A program made the position numbers and the translations under genes. Positions 1-6,830 of a DNA stretch of 41,485 nt are shown piece after piece. Source of the stretch: a virus (Duplodnaviria; Caudoviricetes); the IMG/VR virus record IMGVR_UViG_3300049208_000060, positions 1 through 41,485 of that record; one strand, 5' to 3'. The stretch's first letter is position 1; each line of letters begins with the position of its first letter. Under the pieces are notes generated by a model, which had not been told where the DNA came from, did no database searches, and was given only the letters and a program-made list of their open reading frames with translations.

Positions 1-1095
1 ATGGGCACGATCACATCACGCAAGCGCAAGGACAACTCGACTGCCTACACGGCGCAGATACGGATCAATCGGGACGGGCGCTTAGTTTATCAGGAAAGCC
101 AAACCTTCGACCGCAAGCAGGTCGCCCAGGCTTGGATCAAACGGCGTGAGACGGAGCTGGCTGAGCCTGGTGCGATTGAGCGCGCAAACCGTAAGGGTGT
201 AACGATCAGGAAGATGATCGAACAGTACCTGGACGAGTACGAGAAGATCCGTCCGTTAGGCAAAACCAAAAACGCGACGTTGAAGGCGATCAAGGATACT
301 TGGTTGGGCGACCTCAACGACTCAGCCCTGACCAGCCAGAAGCTGGTGGAGTTTGCACAGTGGCGGATGAGTAAAGAGGGCGGCGGTGTTCAGGCGCAGA
401 CTGTCGGTAATGATCTCTCGCACCTGGGCGCGGTTCTGTCCGTAGCGCGACCGGCCTGGGGCTATGAGGTAGATTCACTGGCCATGCCCGACGCACGCAA
501 GGTGTTACGAAAGCTAGGTATGGTGAGCAAGAGCAAGGAGCGCAACCGTCGGCCGACGCTCGACGAGTTAGACAGGTTGATGAAGCACTTTTTCGAAATG
601 CAGGTTCGTCGACCTGAGTCGATCAACATGCCGAAGATGATTGCCTTCGCGCTTTTCTCGACGCGCCGACAGGAGGAAATCACTAGGATCCGCTGGGATG
701 ACCTTGATGAGTCTCGGCAGGCGGTCCTGGTGCGCGACATGAAGAACCCTGGGCAGAAGATCGGCAACGACGTGTGGTGCCATCTGCCCGATGAGGCCTG
801 GGCGATCCTGCAGAGTATGCCCAGGACTGAGCGGGAGATCTTTCCGTACAACTCCAGGTCGGTATCCGCATCGTTCACGCGGGCGTGCCCGCTGCTGGGG
901 ATTGAAGATCTGCACTTCCATGATCTAAGGCACGAAGGTGTGAGTCGACTGTTCGAGATGGACTGGGACATTCCCAGGGTATCGAGTGTTTCCGGGCATC
1001 GGGACTGGAACTCACTCCGGCGATACACACATTTGCGGGGTAAAGGGAATCTGTATCACGCATGGAAGTGGTTACAACGAGTGCAGGAGGCATAA
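1..1095 (+). CDS. int: Tyrosine recombinase/integrase, dusA-associated type
   Basis: Catalytic motifs STRRQEEI (R), HDLRH (HxxR), GHRDW and RRY (Tyr); MGTITSRKRKD N-terminus typical of this family; dusA fragment at the far end. Confidence 0.93.
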   Translation: MGTITSRKRKDNSTAYTAQIRINRDGRLVYQESQTFDRKQVAQAWIKRRETELAEPGAIERANRKGVTIRKMIEQYLDEYEKIRPLGKTKNATLKAIKDTWLGDLNDSALTSQKLVEFAQWRMSKEGGGVQAQTVGNDLSHLGAVLSVARPAWGYEVDSLAMPDARKVLRKLGMVSKSKERNRRPTLDELDRLMKHFFEMQVRRPESINMPKMIAFALFSTRRQEEITRIRWDDLDESRQAVLVRDMKNPGQKIGNDVWCHLPDEAWAILQSMPRTEREIFPYNSRSVSASFTRACPLLGIEDLHFHDLRHEGVSRLFEMDWDIPRVSSVSGHRDWNSLRRYTHLRGKGNLYHAWKWLQRVQEA

Positions 1096-1276
1096 GCATA
1101 TTCTCTGCCTAGTGGGAATTGTTGAAGATCTGCTGGACAAGATGGCAGGTGATGGGTAGTTTCGAGCGTGGCGATGGCGTGATGGCTGTATGCCATGTGC
1201 CGAAATCAAATTCGGCTGTATTTGCGATGTTGGTTTTTCGTAAGTGCGTACTCATAAACGCTAACTGCTAGAACCT

Positions 1277-1831
1277 ATGATGATTGATCAATTCAAAGAA
1301 GATTTAAAGGGACTTTCAAGTCTCCAGATTGTTCGTAAATATATTCTGGGTGGGCAAAGCAGTATATTGGACGTTGATCAGCATTATCGTCTAAAAGAGC
1401 AAGTATGCGATCATTTTGCAGTTGGCTATAATGATGTAATTATGGTTGGGTCGGGTAAGCTAGGCTTCAGTATTAAACCTACAAAAAGATTCGAAGCGTT
1501 TGGTGATGAATCAGATATAGATATCGCCGTCGTGTCTTCTGAATTGTTTGAGCAGGTGTGGATGGAAGCATATCTTTTCAAGAGTGGAGGCGCTTATTGG
1601 CCGAAGTCTAACTCGTTTTTTAGATATTTATCGGAAGGCTGGATCCGGCCTGATAAGCTTCCGATAAACCACCAGTTTGAATTTACAAGTAAGTGGTGGG
1701 ATTTTTTTAATGAGCTGACTTCAAGCCGAAAATACGGCCCTTATAAAATAAGAGCTGGGCTTTATCATTCCACGTTTTTTTTACAAGAATATCAAAAAAT
1801 TTGCATTGAACAGTGCAAGGATGAAGTGTAA
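1277..1831 (+). CDS. Small nucleotidyltransferase-fold (Pol-beta superfamily-like) protein, putative defence component
   Basis: hGS...DhDh signature: MVGSGKLGFS...ESDIDIAVVS; AT-rich; 2 bp from next gene. Confidence 0.7.
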   Translation: MMIDQFKEDLKGLSSLQIVRKYILGGQSSILDVDQHYRLKEQVCDHFAVGYNDVIMVGSGKLGFSIKPTKRFEAFGDESDIDIAVVSSELFEQVWMEAYLFKSGGAYWPKSNSFFRYLSEGWIRPDKLPINHQFEFTSKWWDFFNELTSSRKYGPYKIRAGLYHSTFFLQEYQKICIEQCKDEV

Positions 1832-1833
1832 TT

Positions 1834-2847
1834 ATGGATACCTCAGCATCTAATAGACGTCTTCGGGTTCTTTTGACTGCCATTGGAAAAGGAACCCTAG
1901 TTCCTCAACCAGATTTTCAACGCCGATTGGTATGGATAAATAAAGATAAGGTAGAGTTTATTCGGACGATCCTCGAGGGATATCCATTCCCAGAGATTTA
2001 TATTGCTGCCGGCAAGGTCGATACAAAAACGGGCGAGGGAGCCGAAGTCTTAGTCGATGGTCAACAACGAATTACTACGCTTTATCAGTATTTCAAAGGC
2101 TCGCAAGATTTACGACTTCCTCCTGACCTTCCCCCATATGAAAAATTGGATGAGGAGGTTCAGATTGAATTTTTAGAATATAAAGTCGTAGTGCGTGATC
2201 TTGGCAATATGCCTATCGATCAAATCAAACAGGTCTTTCAGAGAATTAACTCCACTAGCTATGGACTTAATGCCATGGAAGTCCATAACGCACGTTATGG
2301 AGGCGAATTCAAAGCGTTGGCGGAGCAGATATCAACTCTTGATTTCTTTGAGAATCACAAGGTATTTACGTCAACCGATATTAAGCGAATGAATGATGTT
2401 ATGTACTGCTCTGGATTGGTAGCTACAATAATGAGTACGTACTTTAATCGTGATGTCGAAATAGAATCCTATCTTGAACGATTTAACGAAGCTTTTCCAG
2501 ATAAAGGGAAAGTTTTCGATCAAGTAAACGTGGTTCTTAATTTTATCTCGAGGTTGAATTTTCCGCCAAAATCCAGGATTTACAAAAAAGCAGATTTTTT
2601 TACCTTGTTCGTTGAATTGCATGGCTTGATCGTAAAGTCCGGCGTGGATTTAGATATTCCAAAGGTAAGAAATGAACTTGATTTGTTTTTCTCAAAAGTT
2701 GATGTGGCTTCTTCTGGGCAGTCGGTAGATGATTTAGATGCTGAGCGGTATTACAAAGCGGCACTGCAAGCCAGTAATGATAGAGGCAATCGCATAGTCC
2801 GTGGTGAGTTAATGAGCAAAGTACTCCGGCGTTCAATTTTAGCGTAA
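1834..2847 (+). CDS. DUF262 (GmrS/ParB-Srx-like, DGQQR) domain protein, putative defence component
   Basis: Motifs PDFQRRLVW, GYPFPEIY, VDGQQRITTL, VFQRINS; no HNH motif seen in the C-terminus. Confidence 0.88.
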   Translation: MDTSASNRRLRVLLTAIGKGTLVPQPDFQRRLVWINKDKVEFIRTILEGYPFPEIYIAAGKVDTKTGEGAEVLVDGQQRITTLYQYFKGSQDLRLPPDLPPYEKLDEEVQIEFLEYKVVVRDLGNMPIDQIKQVFQRINSTSYGLNAMEVHNARYGGEFKALAEQISTLDFFENHKVFTSTDIKRMNDVMYCSGLVATIMSTYFNRDVEIESYLERFNEAFPDKGKVFDQVNVVLNFISRLNFPPKSRIYKKADFFTLFVELHGLIVKSGVDLDIPKVRNELDLFFSKVDVASSGQSVDDLDAERYYKAALQASNDRGNRIVRGELMSKVLRRSILA

Positions 2848-2853
2848 AGAACG

Positions 2854-2879
2854 ACAAAAGGGGCTCGCGCCCCTTTTGT
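2854..2879. terminator. Bidirectional intrinsic terminator between cargo operon and PrtN-like gene
   Basis: Perfect 11-bp stem ACAAAAGGGGC-tcgc-GCCCCTTTTGT between convergent genes. Confidence 0.85.
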
Positions 2880-2883
2880 ATTA

Positions 2884-3153
2884 TCACTCATCTCTCCCCA
2901 TTAATTTGTTTTGCTCGATCATCGCCTTTTTACGCTGTATATCTATATAAATTGCTAAATCATGCACGTGAATGCCCAATGCTGCCTTTTGCGTATCAGC
3001 GCCTAAGCGAACGATAGGAATATCGATCTCTCCATTCAAGCATTTGTACTTAAACTTTTCCACAGTTAGGTGCATGTAATCTGCGCATACCCTGCTTAGC
3101 GGTATGACTGCTTGGCCATCATACTGAGCCATTAATAAAAAAAGAGTGTTCAT
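2884..3153 (-). CDS. PrtN-family protein, probable excisionase/recombination directionality factor
   Basis: MNTLFLLMAQYDGQAVIPLSRVCADY...IHVHDLAIYID pattern; converges on the integrase. Confidence 0.8.
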   Translation of the reverse strand: MNTLFLLMAQYDGQAVIPLSRVCADYMHLTVEKFKYKCLNGEIDIPIVRLGADTQKAALGIHVHDLAIYIDIQRKKAMIEQNKLMGRDE

Positions 3154-3222
3154 ACTGTTCTTTTATTCTCTATTGGCAAAAGTAGTAGAGTTCTGAGTTG
3201 CCATCTATTGGTATATTTTCAA

Positions 3223-3465
3223 TCATGCTGCGTGGATTTCCGCTTGAGCGTCGAGGAACTCGGCCAGGTCGTGCAGGTACACCACTCGTTGAGCGCGAGC
3301 CGACTCGTGCAGACGCTTAACCACCAGCGCGATACGACCTGCCTTGATCTCGGCCAGTAGGTAGCGGTCGGTGCGAATGTGAGCGAAGTATTGTTCCCGA
3401 ACTGCTGCCAAGGTCGGGCATGGAGTAGCGAACTGGCGTCGCAACTGCTCTAGTGTTTTGCTCAC
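3223..3465 (-). CDS. Second PrtN-family small DNA-binding protein
   Basis: CPTLAAVREQYF...VYLHDLAEFLD resembles the neighbouring gene's C-terminal motif. Confidence 0.7.
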   Translation of the reverse strand: MSKTLEQLRRQFATPCPTLAAVREQYFAHIRTDRYLLAEIKAGRIALVVKRLHESARAQRVVYLHDLAEFLDAQAEIHAA

Positions 3466-3845
3466 GCTGCGTTCTCCCCGAACCCCTCCGATGGGGGCAG
3501 CAGCTTGAGGCGAATCAGCTCGGCGAGGCCTTCTTTACTTTTGCCCATGGCAGCCGCGCAGATGTTGCCCTTGGCGTCAGCCACCACGGCGCCAAATGGG
3601 AACTCAGGCGAGTTGGTCGGCGTAACGTAGGCGACTTGCCCGTCAAGGATCACGTTGTTGACGCATCGAAATACTTCGGCCAGCTCGGTGCTTAGTACGG
3701 GCATGCTTTCCAGTAACTGGATGGCTTCCGTCGAGGCGCCAACGAGTGTTGCGCGGCTGAGTACTCCCGGGCAGTTCAAGTAGATAGGGATCAGCTTCAG
3801 GGCGCCGAGGGCTTGCGTGTAGGCATTGAGGTAGTTGGTTTTCAT
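3462..3845 (-). CDS. Phage hypothetical protein
   Basis: ATG at 3845 with AAGGA upstream; 4-bp overlaps with both neighbours. Confidence 0.7.
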   Translation of the reverse strand: MKTNYLNAYTQALGALKLIPIYLNCPGVLSRATLVGASTEAIQLLESMPVLSTELAEVFRCVNNVILDGQVAYVTPTNSPEFPFGAVVADAKGNICAAAMGKSKEGLAELIRLKLLPPSEGFGENAA

Positions 3846-4120
3846 GCCGCGGCGTCCTTTTTGGTAATGATGATTCCTAACTTCTTGGCCAGCCATTCGA
3901 TCCCTTCTTCCTTCACCATCACCACGGAGTAATGACGGCACTTGTTGAGGGACGGAATCACGGCGCTGCGCGGATCCGAATACAGATAGCCACGATCACG
4001 GTGCTGGCTTGCTAGATCGCCACTGCTGTTGAGAATGCCCAGCTCGCGCAACCTGGTGCGGAAGGCGCGGGGCTTGAGTCCGAGCAATGCGGCGGATTCG
4101 TCCAGGGTGCGGTTTGTCAT
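3842..4120 (-). CDS. Antirepressor KilAC-like small DNA-binding protein
   Basis: TLDESAALLGLKPRAFRTRLRELGIL...EGIEWLAKKLG pattern. Confidence 0.65.
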   Translation of the reverse strand: MTNRTLDESAALLGLKPRAFRTRLRELGILNSSGDLASQHRDRGYLYSDPRSAVIPSLNKCRHYSVVMVKEEGIEWLAKKLGIIITKKDAAA

Positions 4121-4129
4121 CACGCTGCC

Positions 4130-4696
4130 TCAGGCCGCCGCAGCACGGGTGTGCAGGGTGTCAACAATATGGTTTAGGTTGGTGAACAACTCTTCGAGCG
4201 GCCCATCATTCGGTAGCCAGATATCTCCCGGCGCGCGCACGACACCGTTTTCACTGCTGTGCTGGTTGACGGTGAGAGCAGCTATCCGCTCCATGTGAAT
4301 CACCACGCCGCCACGTTTACGGATGAAGTCCGCTTCGTTTTCGAACCGCACGTCGCTGACGACAAAGCCGCGTGTTTCGTCGTGGGTGCGAGCGAGTAGG
4401 TCGAGATTCTGTTCCGCAAGCAGCAGCCAGAGTTCGGGATGCACGTTGTTGCGGCCCCACTCGGTGCCAAGTGATTGCATTAACTGGCGAGGGGATCGGC
4501 CGAGCCATGGCAGCGGCAGTTCCTTCTGGGCACCGTCGAAGTCGCAAGGGCTCAAGTTGAGGATGTGCATCAGACCGTCACGCAGTGGGTCAGCGAACGC
4601 GTAAGCCTGGAATCCATGGTGGCTTACCAGATGCTGCGCGGCGGTGTCTTTACCAGAGCGGGCGACGCCAGCGATGCCAATTAATAGAGGCTTCAT
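4130..4696 (-). CDS. Deoxynucleotide monophosphate kinase
   Basis: P-loop GVARSGKDT, AFADPLR, SPRQLMQSLGTEWGR, SDVRFENE. Confidence 0.9.
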   Translation of the reverse strand: MKPLLIGIAGVARSGKDTAAQHLVSHHGFQAYAFADPLRDGLMHILNLSPCDFDGAQKELPLPWLGRSPRQLMQSLGTEWGRNNVHPELWLLLAEQNLDLLARTHDETRGFVVSDVRFENEADFIRKRGGVVIHMERIAALTVNQHSSENGVVRAPGDIWLPNDGPLEELFTNLNHIVDTLHTRAAAA

Positions 4697-4890
4697 GCTG
4701 CATCACCCCCGAACGGTCCGCATCCGTGAGTGATGACATTTACTTTTGCCGGTGCTAAGCGAGTGCCAGGCGCGACGATTACCTGTAGGCCGGTGCTTTT
4801 TTGAATCTCTTTGACGGCTTCTGGGTTAGTGCAAGCTGATGGGTGTAGGTACACCGGGCAACGAGCCTTATTGTGCTGTGTTGTTTGCAT
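4693..4890 (-). CDS. Small phage early protein (first gene of leftward operon)
   Basis: MQTTQH...CPVYLHPSAC ORF overlapping the kinase start by 4 bp. Confidence 0.65.
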   Translation of the reverse strand: MQTTQHNKARCPVYLHPSACTNPEAVKEIQKSTGLQVIVAPGTRLAPAKVNVITHGCGPFGGDAA

Positions 4891-4925
4891 GTCCGTACTC
4901 TTTGGTGAGAGATCTACGATGCAAA

Positions 4926-4968
4926 CGATACAAATACGTATTGATTCAGTCAATACGTATTTGAATTG
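4926..4968. promoter_or_regulatory. Two putative repressor operators (OL-like)
   Basis: CGATAC-N6-GTATTG (4926) and CAATAC-N6-GAATTG (4951), 25 bp apart; same pattern as the sites between cI and cro. Confidence 0.65.
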
Positions 4969-4983
4969 ATTTTTTCACGATGC

Positions 4984-5015
4984 AAAAAAAACCCACATCG
5001 CTGCGGGCCTTTTTT
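4984..5015 (-). terminator. Terminator downstream of the repressor gene
   Basis: Minus strand GCCCGCA-gcga-TGTGGGT followed by a T-run. Confidence 0.6.
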
Positions 5016-5025
5016 GGGTTTTGTA

Positions 5026-5703
5026 TTAGAAAATTTCAAGCTTTGAAAATACTACGCCGCAAATGATTGCGTCGGCCCCTAATTCAATGATCGGCTCTGG
5101 CCATGCTGGATTCAGAGGTTTCAGAAACCGGCGGCTGCCCTCCATCACCAATTGCTTGAAAGTTGCTTCTTGGCTATCCATGAGCTTGGCAATGACAAGA
5201 GAACCATTTTCCGCATCTTTCGCGGGATCAACAAAGATGATGTCTCCGTCTCGAAAGGATCGACGTTCATGTTGATTGAACATGGATAGTCCACGTACTC
5301 GCAAGGCGTAGCTTTGGCTGCTATGGGAAGCGGCGCATGGCAGCCATATCTCTGCATCATCTAGGGTCCTAACGTCTTCAATCTCACACCATGCGCCTGC
5401 TTGAACCCATGAGATGAGAGGGACGTAGCCTTTAATAGCTGGCCCAGGTTCAACGTTGGTCTCATTCGCAGATGGCGCGCCCTGATCAATCATCGGGTCT
5501 TTGTGTTCGCCTCCCTTCCAAAGCCAGTTGCTACTGACCTTCAAAGCTTTGCTGATCTTTTCGATGTTTTCATGGCGTGGGCTGGTTACCGCGTTCGTCA
5601 CAATTCTATGAATCGTCGGTTGCGGAACGCCGGAGCGTCGGCCGAGTTCACCTTCTGACAGCCCCAATTCCTGCATGCGTTGGGCGATGCGGTCTCCGAT
5701 CAC
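5026..5703 (-). CDS. cI: CI/PrtR-like repressor (HTH + S24 autopeptidase)
   Basis: N-terminal HTH (LSEGELGRRSGVPQPTIHRI), VQAG cleavage site, GLSM serine, TFKQL lysine; start may be GTG 5703 or TTG 5724. Confidence 0.92.
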   Translation of the reverse strand: MIGDRIAQRMQELGLSEGELGRRSGVPQPTIHRIVTNAVTSPRHENIEKISKALKVSSNWLWKGGEHKDPMIDQGAPSANETNVEPGPAIKGYVPLISWVQAGAWCEIEDVRTLDDAEIWLPCAASHSSQSYALRVRGLSMFNQHERRSFRDGDIIFVDPAKDAENGSLVIAKLMDSQEATFKQLVMEGSRRFLKPLNPAWPEPIIELGADAIICGVVFSKLEIF

Positions 5704-5716
5704 TTTTTCTCTGCCT

Positions 5717-5796
5717 TGATTCAAAAACGTATCGCCGAGTGTATTGAATCATCCAATGCGTTTGTGTATTGTGGCGGCCAATGCGAAAGCGCATCG
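5717..5796. promoter_or_regulatory. cI/cro divergent control region with putative operators
   Basis: CAATGC-N6-GTATTG (5754), CAATGC-N6-GCATCG (5779) and weaker sites at 5717/5729. Confidence 0.65.
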
Positions 5797-5805
5797 GTGA
5801 ACGAT

Positions 5806-6003
5806 ATGACTATCCAAGAAATGCTTGCGGAGCTGCTGCGGTCCGGTTTGTCCCAGAGAGTTATTGCAGACCGCGTAGGAACGACACAGCCGACAATCAA
5901 TCGCGCCGCGAAAGGTGCAGATGTTCGGTATGTAACGGGTAAGGCAATCGAATGCCTATACACACAAGAGATAGAAGCGGCCGATCTTAAGTCGGCAGCT
6001 TAA
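5806..6003 (+). CDS. cro: Cro-like HTH protein
   Basis: 65 aa, GLSQRVIADRVGTTQPTINR HTH, divergent from repressor. Confidence 0.85.
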   Translation: MTIQEMLAELLRSGLSQRVIADRVGTTQPTINRAAKGADVRYVTGKAIECLYTQEIEAADLKSAA

Positions 6004-6142
6004 AAGGTGCTGAGCTGGGGCCTCTCACCAAAGAATCCCCCAGCCCAGCTACGACGATACACAGCACATGCACATCGGTCGTGGTCGTAGGATAGGGTTT
6101 ACCCTGAGCTATGGCTACACCGTAAATAGGGGATTTACGGTT

Positions 6143-6631
6143 ATGAGTCGCACAGATCTTTTGCCGGACGCTGGTCCGGTCCTGCCTCTACGCCAAGCGA
6201 TCTATCGCGCTGGTCGTGACTATAAGGGCGGAATTACCGCCCTTGCCTTTGAAATGGTGTTGGACAACGACACCCTCCAGAAAAAACTCAAGCTCGATGA
6301 AGAACGCCGCTGGCTGAATCCAGATGAGCTTGAGGAAGTGATCAGGCTAACTGCTGATCCACGCTTGCTGGACGCATTGATGCGGCCAGCAGGTGCGGTT
6401 TGGTACCGGCCCGTGGCCGTACCGGCAACCCGTGATGCCTTGAAAGCGGTTGGTAAGCTACTCGGGGAAACCGGTGAATTCGTGGCCAAGATGCACGACG
6501 GCGCGGCGGACAACGTCTGGGAGCTTCATGAAGTCGTGGATCTCGAAAAGCACGGAATGGATGTAATCCGCGAAGTCCTTGGAATCATGGCGGGCGCTCG
6601 TCAGGCGATGGAGGATCGCATCAATGGCTGA
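6143..6631 (+). CDS. Phage regulatory CII-family protein
   Basis: YKGGITALA...TLQKKL pattern; position after cro. Confidence 0.7.
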   Translation: MSRTDLLPDAGPVLPLRQAIYRAGRDYKGGITALAFEMVLDNDTLQKKLKLDEERRWLNPDELEEVIRLTADPRLLDALMRPAGAVWYRPVAVPATRDALKAVGKLLGETGEFVAKMHDGAADNVWELHEVVDLEKHGMDVIREVLGIMAGARQAMEDRING

Positions 6632-6830
6632 TGATATCGACCGCGCAAACGAGCAGGCGCAATACCTGCTTGATGTTGCTATTCATCGCAGTCGCCGCGT
6701 GCCATCGAGCCGCGTTAGCGCGCAGTTCTGTGACGACTGCGACGAACCAATCCCGTTGCTTCGACAGCAGAAGGTTGAAGGTTGCGAGACCTGCGTCTCT
6801 TGTCAGGAGTTGCGGGAGGCCCGGCGATGA
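6624..6830 (+). CDS. TraR/DksA C4-type zinc finger protein
   Basis: MADDIDRA...CDDCDEPIP...CVSCQ. Confidence 0.9.
   Translation: MADDIDRANEQAQYLLDVAIHRSRRVPSSRVSAQFCDDCDEPIPLLRQQKVEGCETCVSCQELREARR

Noticed and set aside
1277-1831. CBASS CD-NTase or retron component
   Set aside because: At 184 aa it is far shorter than CD-NTases; no Cap effector or reverse transcriptase nearby
1834-2847. Complete GmrSD type IV restriction enzyme
   Set aside because: No DUF1524/HNH motif visible, and the protein is too short for the fused form
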